Positions 15,209 to 40,876 of a stretch of 64,000 nt of DNA are shown one piece after another; position 1 is the first letter of the stretch, and the number at the start of each line of letters is the position of its first letter. This stretch comes from Phaeosaccion multiseriatum (taxonomy: Eukaryota; Protista; Ochrophyta, other classes): assembly GCA_965112735.1 (NCBI GenBank), contig OZ218953.1, positions 5,208,001-5,272,000 of the forward strand. The letters run 5' to 3'. The position numbers and the translations under genes were made by a program. Below the pieces are notes generated by a model. It saw nothing but the letters and a program-made list of their open reading frames with translations, had not been told where the DNA came from and searched no databases.

Positions 15209-18200
15209 CCTCCCTTATGAACAGCAGAGGGGGCGGCGGCGCTCCTCCCGGCGTCACCGCAGCAAGGACCCCCAGGAAGAGGAACAGAGTCGAGTGGGGG
15301 AACGGTGGAGGGGGCATACAGCAACACGGCAACGCACAGCAACACCCACCGCCACCATCCCACTACTATCAACGGCAGCAGCAGCAGCCGTTGGTGATAC
15401 AGCAGCAGCAGCAGCAGCAGCAGCGGCAACCTTACCCATACGCGAATGGGCATGGCGCCGGCGGGGGCGGGGGGGACCCATTAGCAGGAGGTAGCGGTAT
15501 CCTCGGCGGTCGTAGGGAGGGTGGGGGGGGGGGGATGATGGTGGCAGGGGTTGACTCCCAGATATCCTATCAGCAGCAGCAGCAGGAACTGCAGCACTGG
15601 ATGGCGCCGGGGTCAGGGGGGGTCGGGGCGGGTGTCGGAGCATCACGCTACCTTGCTGGGAGTGGCGCTACCTTGGGAGGAGGGGGCGCTGTGCCTGCTG
15701 TCATGTCATCCTTGCCCGGAAGGAGGACCTCCTACACGCCTGGCGACGACCTGAATGCGAATTCGTCCACCTCTCCTCGCATCCCACCTCTCGGGGGGCT
15801 GATGGGAGCGAGGGGTTCTTACGAAAGCACGAATGCCAATGCCAATACTGGAGCGGGGGTGACCAGGAGAAGGAGTAGCGAAAGCAGCACCACCCCTTCT
15901 CCTCCCCTTCCTGGCGTGGCTGGTGCCCCCCCTGCCGGGCCTCGGAACTCATTCCTTGCCGGGCCTCTTCTTGATGTAACGTCGGTGGACGACACGGAGG
16001 ATCCGATGGCGGGGTCTCGAGATGCCTTCGCCCAGTACATGAACCCTTTGTCGTCTTCAGCGGGTGCTGCTGGAGGTTTTGGAGGGGGGGTGCCGCAGCA
16101 CTACTCTGGAGGTGTCGAGGCAGATCATCAACAGCATCGGAGCCATTATCCTGGGCAGCAGCAGCAGCACCAGCAGCAATCGACACTGCAGTCGCTTCAG
16201 TCGCTTCAGCACGACAACACGGGGTCCTTTCTGAAGAGTCTGGCTTCCATGCCTCAAATGGGCGGTCCCGGCGCCGGGCAGGAGACGGGGAACAGTGCCA
16301 ATGCCAATGGCATGGACGACCACCCCCCGCAGCTCTACCGCTCCTTGCAGCACAAGCAGGGGCAGCACTACGCTCCTTACTCACACCAGGGAGGGCAGCA
16401 CCCGCAGCACCAGCAGCAGCGGAGATCATCACTGGGAGGAGTGGAGCAGCAGGCGGGAGGAGGAGGAGGAGGAGGAGGAGATGGAATCCTGGCAAGCAGC
16501 AACAGCGCTGTCAGCAGAAGCCTGATTGGGAGACGCTCCTCGCTGCTACGGATGATGGATCCGAAGATGGAGAGCGATGCCGCGGAGGGAGGAGCAGCAG
16601 CAGGAGCTGCTGCTGGTGGTGGTGGTGGTGGAGGAGGAGGAGGAGGAGGACCAGGAGCAGGAGAAGACGAGTACTACGCGCACGAGTGGTCTCGGTATGG
16701 TAGCGGGGGCGGTCTTCCCTCGCAACCGCCGCTATCTGTGAGGACAATAGGTCGAAGAGCCTCCATAGGGAGGGGCGAAAGTGTTGCCCCGTATGGCAGT
16801 GGCGGAGGCTCATCGCTGCCGCTGAGCAAGCTCAACTCAAACAACTCTCTTCCGAGCTTGTGTTCGTCCACCTCCACCACCCAGCAAGGGCAGCAGTTGG
16901 TGATACAGCAGAGGCAACAGGGCCCTGGGGAGGCGGATGGCACCCCATGGCATGCAAGGGAGCCTGGGCTTGGGCTCGGCCCCTCTCCCCTCGCAGGAGA
17001 GGCTCTGCTCCCGTACAATGCGAGCAGGACGTTCACAGGGGAGGGGGGCTCGGGAGGTATTGCTGCCTGGGGATCGGCCGAGAGGGGAGCCACGCGCCGC
17101 CCTTCCTTCACTCCGCACAGAGAAGGGGGCGACTTGGCGGGGGCCATCGGGATCGGGATCGGCACATCACTGGAAGAGGAGGGAAAAGAAGAAAAAGAGG
17201 AAGGTAAAGGAGAAGGAGAAGCAGCAGCAGCAGCAGGAGGAGGAGGAGGAGGAGGCGGGGGCGGGGGCGGGGCGGCGAGTGCGAGTGGGTCAGAGGCGGA
17301 GGGGGGCAGCGGGGGAGGAGGAGGGGAGAAAGAAGAAGCAGAAGATGAAGAACAAAAAGAAGAACAAGCGGAAGAAGAACAAGAAGAAGAAGGAGGAGGA
17401 GGAGGAGGAGGAGGAGGAGGAGGAGGAGGAGGGCGAAAACGACGACGAGAGTCGATGGGGCAACATACAGCTCGAACAGCAGCAGCAGGAGGAGGAGAAG
17501 GAGACTTGCCGGGGGGATCAAGCACTGTTGGTGCTGGTGATGGTGAAGGCCCCACGAGAATGCAGAGAGTAGACAGCGGCACGAGCGAAGTGGACATTGG
17601 CGGCGCGAGTGCGGACGGGGACGAAGGAGGGAAGCATCCAAGCAAGGGGGAAGAGAAGGAAGATGCGCAAGCGAAACAAGCACCAGGCGAGGAGAAGGTG
17701 GAGAAGGTGGAGAAGGTGCCCGCTCATGTTAGAGACGACAGTGGCGGAAGCGTCAGGAGCGGCTGCGGGGGCAGAGCCGGCGGGGATGTGATGCGCGGCT
17801 CTAGAGAGGGGCTGGCGAAACTGTTTCCCCGAAGCAACCGAAGCTCTCCCAAGCCGGCTTCTCTCTCTGCCGCTATCTCTGCCGCTGCCGCTGCCTCTGT
17901 CGGGCTGCCTCAGCAGGAGGGGGGCGGGGACAAAGCATCTGCCGAGCGGCTGCCGACAATGGGCTCCATGCTTGCGCCTCACGGGGCGAAGCCGAATGGA
18001 GGAGGAGGAGGAGGAGGAGGAGGAGGAGGAGGAGGTGGAGGAGGAGGAGGAGGAGGAAGAGGAGAAAGAGGGGCGGTGGCCCTTACCGATGGTGGGAGTA
18101 GCAGTAGTACGAGTGTGCACTTCTTGGTACGAGGCCACCAGCTGCCATCGCTATCGGAGGAGCAGGAGGAGGAGCCCTTTCGCTCGCCTAGTATGCCCTA

Positions 18201-18420
18201 CGAAACGGCACGGGCGACGGTTTCACTTTGGTCGGGGCAAGGCGAGGGGTCCAAGCCCACCAAGCCGCGTCACAGTGTGGAGATGCTTCTCAATGCCACT
18301 GACGAAGAAGAGGAGGAAGAAGAGGACGAGGCTGCGACAGAGCGAGGAGCGACGGTGCACACCCTCACGAATCGGGGAAGCTTCACGATTGGGGGGGGCA
18401 GCACTGAGGACGAGGAGTGA
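13797..18420 (+). CDS. HSF-type DNA-binding-domain transcription factor with a long Q/G-rich disordered region
   Basis: HSF DBD: SFATTLYEILEKEDPQVVKWSSSARAFCVIDLQRFCDEIMPKYFK|HTRFSSFQRQLNLYGFRK. Intron 14602-14941 (GT-AG). Confidence 0.9.
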
Positions 18421-19145
18421 TAGGGATACGATACATGCATACATACATGCATACATACATACATACGGGGTGTACATACGCATTGCATACGCCGCCGCGG
18501 CTCTCTGCTCCTCCCTGCTGCTCCATTTGCATTTGCGTGGGAAAACGAGCACGCAAAGGCATGGCAACACACAACCACAATCGAGAATAGAGAGACGCAT
18601 AGAGAGAGAGAGAGAGGGGTGAGGGGGGGGGGTCCGGTCGAGACTTTCCGACTCGACTGACCGGGAGAGGGGGGGGGAGGGTTCGGGATTAAGTCATAAG
18701 ATGTTAAGAGGAGGGAGGGGGGGCGTAGGTGAACGGATGGACGGATCACGCTCTGCTGCAGTGCCGCCAAGTCCTTGAAGGCCCTCCCTAACCCTTATAT
18801 ATGCGCACTTATTTACGTACGGAAGGAGTCTCAGTCTTACAAATTTCCAAAAAGTTTTGTCTTGTGCTTGCCTAAACAAGTACTTACGTAACGATAGTAA
18901 TGGACACCAAGCACGACCTTTTGAGTATGTATGCACTGCACTTTATTGAATGAATGGCCGAGGCACCGAGCGAACTGAGACAGCGTACACACACCCTCCC
19001 TCCTCGTCCTTGTCTGCATGAGCTGACACACTTCTGCTCACCCAAAGAATGAAGCAATCAACCACAGAAGAACAACGCCATTCTTCACTTGGCACCATGA
19101 ATGTTTACTCAGATTGCTGAAATGCGCCAGCGTCTTTAGTATCTG

Positions 19146-31600
<12,455 letters not shown>

Positions 31601-31924
31601 CTTGGTGAGTAGGATGTTGCTGAGGGGGGAAGAGAAGCGAAAAGAGAGGGAACAGGCTGCGAGCTTTGTAAAGAGTGGGAAGAAAGAAAAGCCAGGCAAG
31701 CGAGAAGAACCACACGCACCTCGTATCTGCTGCTACACCCGTCCTCCTGCAGCTGATTCTACTGCTTCCTCTCCTCCTTGTGGCATGCGCATGAGGACAA
31801 AAGTTGGGGGGCAATGCAAACCAAGCCGTTGGCGGTCCACCAACCTGAAACTGGAACCAACACCTGGCGACGACGTCGTTACAGAAATTTTTTCTCTTTT
31901 CTTTCGAGCATTTATACGCTTAGA

Positions 31925-34246
31925 ATGGCGCAGGTCACGGAGGAGTCCTTGCCGGCGGAAGTGGAGGGAGGAGTCGAGTCGACGGCTTCTGGTCATCAGC
32001 AGGACGACGCTTACTTGTTTGGGGAAGGGGGTGGTGCCTCGAAACAAGCGTCAGACCTTGGTGTCGACGTCAAGGCGGAGACGCTACCTGAAAGTGCAGG
32101 CAGCGAGGTCAAGGCGAGTCCACCATCGCGGAGTAGAAGCAGTAGTCCGCTACGCTCATGTCTGGCGCAGAAGTCCAAGGGGGGTACAGGCAGGCCACAG
32201 GACAACAGCTGCAGTCTTCGTGCCATCTCTTTCCACCGGCAGATAGATATGATTGATGAAGGTGGCGCTGCTGCAGTGGGTCCATCGAAGGAGAAGGACG
32301 AGGAGGATGATGCAGATGGTGATGGACAGTCTCAGGAGTCCAAGGAGAGTGAGGTCGATGAACTTGCCACGGCTGCTGCGGCGAGTCGGGAGCAGCGACA
32401 GCACGGAGCTTATAGTAGAGTTCAGATCCAGGAACCAACGGCCTCGAGTCAGGGCCATCCAAGGGGTAGAAGTCGGCTCCACAGTCGCGGTCGCAGTCAG
32501 CTGGAAAGCGCGTCCGACGCACTGCGAAGTCTCTTTGACGCCCCACAAGACGAGGAAACCAAGCCCGTGTCGACATCAGCAGCAGTAGCACTTGACCAGG
32601 GCGGCGGCGGACACAACACTGCGGAGGGGGAGGCAAGAGAAGGAGAAGAAGGAGAGGGAGAGGGGGAAGAGGACGCAGGGAGCCGAATGATGAGACTTAG
32701 GTCCAAGGAAGCGAGGGTAAAGAAAGCCAAGTCGTGGAAGGCCCAGCACGCGCGCACTCGCAGCATCAACACCGCCAACTTGGCAGCAAGGCGGCACAGT
32801 GCCAACAAAAGCTGGGCTGGCGGACAAGCTCCACCAGCACAGGCGGACACCGCAGCTTCCACGGTGGAAAGTAGTAGGCCCCCCGTAAACTCGCTGAGGC
32901 GGCTTTCTTCGTCTATTGCAGTGGCGGCCTCCGGTGTTCTACGGAGGCTCTCGTTCACCGACGCTCCCGGTGGCGCGGGGCCGGGCAGGAAGGGGAAAAG
33001 GGCGCTGGACGGAGTGGATTACAACAGCGATGACAGCGAGTTCGAAAACTGTAGCGGCGGTGGATCGTTGATGGACGGCGAAAAAGGCGGCGGGACACAA
33101 GCGGGCTACTACAACACCGTGTTCCGAGATTGGCTGCTCCAGGTGTTGGATGATGAGGAGGAGGGGGAGAGGGATGAGGAGCATGTCAAGCAGGAGTCCG
33201 CGGAGCATCAGCGGTTGGAGCACAGGAAGGCGCACCATGTGTTTGAGTCGCTGGACTACGAGCTGTGCGATAGCAAGGTTTGGCACTTGCACAAGGCGCA
33301 TCACAAGAGGAAGCGCCACGGAGTAAAGCAGAAGAAAAGGCGGAAAATTCGGGTGAGTGAGTGAGTGTGTGTGAGTGAGTGGGTGAGTGAGTGAGTGTGT
33401 GTGAGTGAGTGGGTGAGTGAGTGAGTGAGTGAGTGAGTGAGTGAGTGAGTGAGTGAGTGAGTGAGTGAGTGAGTGAGTGAGTGAGTGAGTGAGTGAGTGA
33501 GTGAGTGAGTGAGTGAGTGAGTGAGTGAGTGAGTGAGTGAGTGAGTGAGTGAGTGAGTGAGTGAGTGAGTGAGTGAGTGAGTGAGTGAGTGAGTGAGTGA
33601 GTGAGTGAGTGAGTGAGTGAGTGAGTGAGTGAGTGAGTGAGTGAGTGAGTGAGTGAGTGAGTGAGTGAGTGAGTGAGTGAGTGAGTGAGTGAGTGAGTGA
33701 GTGAGTGAGTGAGTGAGTGAATGAGTGAGTGAGTGAGTGAGTGAATGAATGAGTGAGTGAGTGAGTGAGTCAGGGGGGCACGTGAATGGGGCGGCAACCA
33801 AATCCCTGCCTCTCACACTCTGTTCAACCTTGTACTCCTCCCCTTCTCTTCGTCCGTCCGTCCCTCCGTCTGTGATGTCCCTTGCCTGTCCCTCTCTGGT
33901 GATCTCTTTGCTCCTCTCTCTCAACCCTACGAAAAGGCGCGGATGCTTATCCTCATCCTCAGCGTCACAGTCGGCGCCATCGGTTGCTTCGTCACTTGGA
34001 CCGTCGAGATGCTGCTGGAGACAAAACTCCACACAGTGGAGCATTTCATTGAACACCACCATCACAGCTCAGACGCAGTGCGATACGGTGGTGCCTTTGG
34101 GGTGTTGCTGGGCTTCAACTTGCTCTTTGCGTTGTGTGCCTTCCTACTGGTGTGGACAGAGCCGTGGAGTGCAGGGTCGGGCATCCCTGAGATGAAGTGC
34201 GTCCTCAACGGCGTCAACATTCCCGAGGTGTGTAGGTATAGACATA

Positions 34247-34306
<60 letters not shown>

Positions 34307-37300
34307 CACTCCCACTCTCTCTCTCACCCGCCCTTTCCCTCTCCCTAACCCTCCCCCCCCTGCCCCGGCCGCCTCAACAACCCAAGGTTCTTGCCCCGCG
34401 CACCATCGTTTGCAAGGTACTCGGAGTGATATTTGGGGTGTCAGCAGGTCTACCGGTGGGCAAGGAGGGACCCATGATCCACGCAGGGGGGGCAGTAGGG
34501 GCGATTCTCACCTCCATGGGACGTAAGAGCAAGAGCGGCAGCGTCCTGGCGAACTTTAAACAGTTTGACAACGACCGAGACAGACGAGACTTTGCCTCCA
34601 TCGGCACCGCTGCAGGAGTCTCGGCCGCGTTTCGAACCCCCATTGGAGGAGTCTTGTTTGTGATTGAGGAAGGGGCGAGCTTTTGGTCCACCCTCATGAC
34701 GTGGAGGGGTTTCGCGGCGTCGGTGCTGGCGGTGGCCACAGTCTATCTCGTGTTCCACGGGAGGAACATGTTTACGGACCCGCTGGAGGCCGAGGACCTC
34801 TTCCTCTTTGGAGAATTTACCGCAGATATTGATAGGTGGGTAACTGTGTGTGTGCGTGTGTGCGTGTGTGTTTGTGTGTGTGTTGTGTGTTTGTGTGTGT
34901 TGTGTGTTTGTGTGTTCGTGTGTATGTGTGACTCACTCATTCACTCACTCCGTCCCTCCCTCTCTCCCAACCACCCACCCACCCACCCTCCCATCCACCC
35001 ACCCACCCACTCACCCCCACTCTCCTACCCACACACACCCATCCACCCCACCCACCCACCCACCCACCCACCCATTGATGTACTGCACCAACCCGCCCAC
35101 GCAGGGAGTTCCACATTTACGAGGCGAGTACAGCCCACTACAGGGCGGGGCGAAGAGGAGGAGGAAGGAAGTGTGTCCTTTTGTTTCAAGCGGTTTGCAT
35201 TCCCCCTCTCACCCCTTCCTCCCGTTTCCACCCACCCCGCCGTCTCTTCTCTCCGCAGCTGGCGTACTTCTCCTTCATGGCTGTGATGGGTGGCCTGGTT
35301 GGGGCCATTTTCATCCACCTCAACACCGCCCTCGCCGAGTGGCGCAGGCAAAGACTCAATGGCAACCCCCTCTTGCGAGGCATCGAGGTGTTCCTCGTCA
35401 CTGCTCTCATGACGGGTCTCTCCTTTGGGGTGCCGTACTACTTGGGGCGCTGCCTTGATCTGCCTACAGACACGAGCGAGTGGTCAGAGGCCGGAGTGCA
35501 CAGTGTGGAGTATCTCAAGCCGCTGAATTGTGATGCGGAAACGCAGTACAATGACCTTGCCACGCTCTTCCTCAACGAGCCCGACCGCACCATCCGATTA
35601 CTCTTCCACGTGGGGGATGACGTCATCAGCTCATCGGTAAGGCGAGGGGGGGAGGGAGGGAGGGAGGGACGGGGTTCGGCATGTGTGAACGGGGGTATCC
35701 ATCCGCTGCCATCCATCGCGGGACACCAGTGAAATGACAAAGACAGAGTCTCATCCAGTCTCGGAGCTAGCGCGGAGGACTCAGTTCAGAGGGGGGGGGG
35801 GGGCTGTCGTCTTGTGTTCTTGCGAGCTCAATTCCCTCCCTCCCTCCCTCCCTCCCCCCCTCCTCTCTCATCACCAAAGGCCTGCTTCATCTTCGCGACT
35901 GTGTTCCTGGCAATGGAGTGTCTGACCTTCGGTATCTGGGCATGCAGCGGCCTCTTCATCCCCTCTCTGCTGGCAGGGGCGGCATTCGGCAGGGGCATTG
36001 GGCAGGTCTTTGGCCGTAACGCTCGGACGTACTCGCTCGTCGGGGCGGGTTGCGTGCTTGGGGGCATCGCGAGAATGACCATCTCCATCACCGTCATCCT
36101 CGTGGAGGCGAGCGGTGAGTGCGTGCGTGCGTGCGTGTGTGAGTGCGTGAGTGTGTGTATGTGTGAGCAAGCTTTTGACAATCTTGAAGCAAGAGGGTAG
36201 AGATGGACAGAGAGATTGATGGCGGAGGTGCGAACACTCTCTCGCTTCGATCGATGATTGCAGCTCTGCTTCTCACCTCCTCTCTCTCTCCCTCCCTCTT
36301 CTCTACCTCTCTCTCTCTCTCTCTCGATCTGTCTTTCGTTTCTCTCCTGGCTTGGTTTTGCTTCCCCTTTGCAAACACACAAACGCCCACACACACACCA
36401 CACACACACGCACGCACGCGCACACACACACACACACACACAGGCTACGTCCTCTTTGTCATCCCACTCATGTGCGTCTTCCTCCTCTCTCGAGTGGTGG
36501 GCAACCGCTTCAACCGCGGCGTCTACGACACTCAGATCGAGGCCAAACACCTTCCTTTCCTCGAGGAAGAGCCTCCCGAGGAGACACGTGTTCACAACCT
36601 GCGTGTGAGCCAGCTCATGTCCAAGAGTATCAAGTGTGTCAAGCCTGTTGAAACCGTCAAGGCCATACATGAGTTGCTCACCAACACGACGCACAACTGC
36701 TTCCCGGTCCTGGACGCCGACCATGGCATACTGCTGGGCACCATCATGCGGAAGGTGGGTGTGTGTTGTACCACCGAATGCTTCTCAACCTCCCCATACC
36801 TCGCTGCACCTCACCTCATTTTCAATCTCAGCTCACCTCACCTCACCCTACCCCACCCGTCCTCACCTCCACCTCACCCCACCCTTCCCTACCCCACCCA
36901 CACTCCACACACACAGAACCTGCTGGTACTGCTCTCCAAACGCCACTTCGCACCCCCCGAGGAGGGCAACGCTCGCATGCCACAGTCCCTACCGGTCTTG
37001 CGCTATTCCAAACTGGAGGAGTCGTACCCGAACTACCCCCCTGTCGAATCCATGCACCTGACGGACGAAGACATGGACAAGCTCTGTGATCTAACGGCGT
37101 ATGTGCAGATCGGACCGCACGTCATTAGCGAGCATGCCTCCGCGCAGAGGTAGGAGAGGGAGGGAGAGAGAGAGGGAGAGAGGGAGAGGGAGAGAGGGAG
37201 AGAGACAGAGAGACAGAGGGAGGGAGAGAGACAGAGAGAGAGGGAGAGAGAGGGATCTTCCTTCTCTTGTCTTGTCTGGTCAATGCCTAGCCCCGCCCTC

Positions 37301-37522
37301 TGTTCTGACATTCCCTCCCCCGTCTGTCCTGACACCCACCACCCTCTTTGCAGGGCCTACATGATGTTCCGTACCCTGGGTCTTCGGCATCTGCCCGTGG
37401 TGAATCACTTCAACGAGGCGGTGGGCATCATCACAAGGGACAATCTTCTCCCCGAGTTTTTCAAAGAGGGGGGCGCGTACGACCCTGTTCATGCCAAGGC
37501 CCTCGCCATGCCGAGCAACTAG
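31925..37522 (+). CDS. CLC family chloride/proton antiporter (CLC-6/7-like) with CBS domains
   Basis: Motifs ESLDYE, GSGIPE, GKEGPMIH, AAFRTPIGGVLFVIEEGASFW, GLFIP, GGIARMTISITVIL, GVYD and CBS motifs (HNCFPV, MFRTLGLRHLPVVN). Exons: 31925-33352, 33937-34227, 34387-34835, 35105-35123, 35259-35636, 35880-36114, 36444-36754, 36917-37149, 37354-37522. Confidence 0.93.
33353..33770. repeat. (GAGT)n microsatellite starting at the splice donor of CLC intron 1
   Basis: About 100 units directly visible. Confidence 0.97.
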
Positions 37523-38499
37523 CTGTAGAACCGACTTGCCCACTGAGATTCTCTCTCTTTCTCGCTCTCTCCATCAGAGTCTCAGAGCTGTGGTCCACAT
37601 TAACTCGACTTGACACGCAGGACCACAGATTGTGAGGGGCCTGTATCAGACATGGAGAGCACGCCAAACACTGCTTTTTCTTGGTATTTGTATTTTTAAC
37701 TGTGTTACAAGTAATGACGTTCACATGATCATTTAATAAAAATCTACCTAAGAATTACGTATTGTGTGTGTTTATTGATGAAGATGCGTACCAGCCACTC
37801 CCCCCGCCTGAGAGAGCAGTCAGGCAGTGGAAGAGAGTAGAAGGAGAAAGAAAGGGATGAGACTTTATTTCCCTTTCCCCCTTGACACTCCTATACTAGT
37901 AAGAATTGCATTCGATGCGGGGTCTGAGAGAGGGTACGGAGGGAGAGGACGTCTGGCCAGGGTTGGTTCGCAGAGATGCAGATTATTTCCTCTGGGCTGG
38001 CGTCTGGCGTCGCTGGCGCCAGAGAGGGCGCCGCGGCGGAGGGTGGCATCCATGCGGTATGTGTTATGTGGTCGGCCCCTGACGGGATTCTGAGGGAAAG
38101 GGGATTCCGGATTCTGATGGCCCCTGCAGGGCGGAGTCCGGATTCTGGGCGGTGCGCCTTGGAAGTAAGGCAATGAATGACGTCATATTTTGGGATTCTG
38201 GCGGGGAACTTAGCCCCCGAGGTCGTATCCCTCCGACTCGTCAGTTCTCCCCATCGGCACAAAGTTGATACCAGCCAGGATCCGGTGGCGAATCGATCGT
38301 TCGTGTCGGGCCCGCTGGAGTGCTTACTATGGCCAATCGCCGCCGAATGAAAAGGAAGGTCGGAGGGGTTGACGTTGGTGATCCAATTCTCACAGAGGGC
38401 GAGTGTTGGAACGTTCAAGGCGTGTGTGTGTGTGTTTACCGCAAGAAAGAAATGTTCGGTGACCCCCTTAGCGTGGAAGGCCCCTCCTCCAAGAGTAGA

Positions 38500-39655
38500 A
38501 TGGCGCAGAGCGCCTTTGCGGACCAGGAGCGTCTCTATTTATCAGGGTACGGAGGACTCGAGTTTGGCTTTACTTCTTTCTTTTCATTCTTAAGCTCTGC
38601 TTCTCTACCCTTCTTACAGCACGGTGAGCCTGAATAGAAGCATCAATGCCCTGGGCACAGCCTCCGGGAACAAGGACGAGGTGACGGGGCAAGGGAAGGG
38701 CGATATCCAGCATGCGCGGCACTATCTCCAGGTGAGTGGGGCGAGGAGTCAGAGGAGGAAGACATCCCCGCGGACAAGCTCATAACTCTGGCACGGTTGA
38801 CTGTTGACTATGATGTGGTCTTCACCGAGGAGGTTGGCTTTTGACGGGGTGCCTCTCTGCCTCTCCGTGATGCCAACCCCCCTTGTTGGCCTCTCGCCTA
38901 TCCAATCACACATCCTGCGCTCTTTTCCACTCAGGCTATGGAGGCGGAGGTGCGTTGCATGGAGGGGAAAGACAAGCAAAGATACATGGGGAAGATGGCA
39001 CAGGTTGGTGTGTGTGGCGGGTGGGAGAGAGCAGGATGGATGCCTTGGAAAGAGAAGCAAGACCCTCCTGTCCTTCCGCTCACCCCCCGCCATCCACCCT
39101 CCTCTTCCTCCTCCGCCTCCTCCTCCTCCTCCTCCTCCTCCTCCTCGTCCTCCTCCACTGCAGTACAAATCAGACCTTTCCAGTCTAGAGAGAGCTTTTG
39201 AGCAAGCCCTCATGCGGTCTAACCGCTCCATGCCAAGCCATGGAAGGAGTAGCGTAAACAGCGCCAGCAGCACAGGAGGAGGAGGAGGGGGAGGAAGATT
39301 TGGGGGCGGTTTTTCCGGTGGCGCTGGCATGCCTCAAGGCTACGGCGACAGGACGCTCGCAGCCGAGGAGAGCCTAGGGAGGAGCCAAAATTCACTCATG
39401 GACTCACACAGAGTACTCGCAGAAACAGAGGAGATTGGAGGGATGGTACTGGAGGACATGGAGAGTCAGAGAGAGAGTCTGTTGCGCTCCACCTCCCACG
39501 TGAGGGGCACGGATGACATAACCATGCGGGCCAGGAAGACACTGCGCAGTATGTGGCGGAAGCAAATCTCGCACCAGGCCGTGCTCTACGCGGTCATTTC
39601 GCTGCTTGTCTTTCTCATTGGCGCCTTGCTCGTGTACAAAATCAGGAGGAAGTGA
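38500..39655 (+). CDS. VTI1: VTI1-type Qb-SNARE
   Basis: Habc-like N-terminus (YLQ|AMEAEVR...YKSDL), SNARE motif SHRVLAETEEIGGMVLEDMESQRESLLRS...ARKTLRSM and a C-terminal TM helix. Four exons with GT-AG introns. Confidence 0.85.
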
Positions 39656-40129
39656 GTTGCGTGAGTGAGTGAGTAAGTGAGCACAAAGGGTTAAGAGTGC
39701 GAACAAGCAAAGAGAGGAGGTTTCTGTTCGCTGGTCGGAGGGAGGCCTCAGGCCTTGAGGCGAGGGTCTCAAGCGGAGGAGGCCAAGAACGGGCTGAAGG
39801 GTTGGACGAAAGACAACATGATGAGAATAATGGGCGAAGGGAAACGGAGCAACGTCTCGAAAGCCCTTGCCAGCAGGGCACCACTCAGTCATGAGTCCGT
39901 GCGTGTAAGTAAAAAATGTAATGTAAGCATACGTAAGGTGACGAAAGCCGAGAGTATGGATCGGTAGGCATCTCAAAGAGCTACACGAAGAGCTATAGCA
40001 ATTCTCCCAGCGTCATTTTGCTGCGTGTGTCCAAAAAACTTCATTTCAGGCGATTTGGGCGATTTTTTCCCACTTAGTTAAGTATGGCTCAACGGGCGGG
40101 CAGCTACTGCACAGTCAGTGTTGGTTCAA

Positions 40130-40802
40130 TCAAAACTGACTGGGCCGGCTCCCCACAGCTCCCAGCAGCCCGTTTCCGAAGGGAAAGGAAGACGAGGTCG
40201 AAAAGGCGGACGCATCGGTATCGGAGGAGGACGAGGTGGCGGCAGACGATCCCTCCCCAAGCTGCTGCTGCTGCTGTTGCAGAGAAGGGCCGAAGGAGTC
40301 TTCAATCAGCCCGTTGATAAAGTCCTCGTTCATCACACCACCACTGCCATCGCCTCCGCCATTGCTGTCGTCGCCCAACGCGCCGCTTCCCCCTCCCCCT
40401 CCCCCTCCGCCTCCACCTCCACTGTTCACGGCGCAGAGATCTCCAGGCGTCAGAAGTGCCCCCTTCTGCTGCTGCTGCTGTTGTTGTTGTTGCTGCTGTA
40501 TCAACAGCTGCTGCTGCTGATACGGCTCGTCCTGGAGGTGACGCATGTGATGTGCCCCGCCCCCCCCCGCGTGATGCAGAGAGCCCAAGCCGCCGCCCAA
40601 GCCGCTCCCCAGAGAGGCACGCCTCTCCCTCTCCCGCTGCCCTCCGCCTCCTCCTCCTCCTGCCGCGGATGACGAGGCTAGCGAGGAGTCGAGCAAGGAA
40701 AGGGCCTCCGGCGCTGCAGTCTCTGCCGACAGACCGGAAGAGAGCAAGCTGCCCATGAGCCCTCCTTGGCCTTGGTGCGATCGCTCGTCTTGCCTCAGGC
40801 TC

Positions 40803-40876
<74 letters not shown>

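Noticed and set aside
38354-38365. GGAAGGTCGGAG resembles the RNase P CR-I motif
   Set aside because: The complementary P4 strand should lie downstream (CR-V), but the only complement is upstream and the downstream region is VTI1 coding sequence. I did not call it RNase P.
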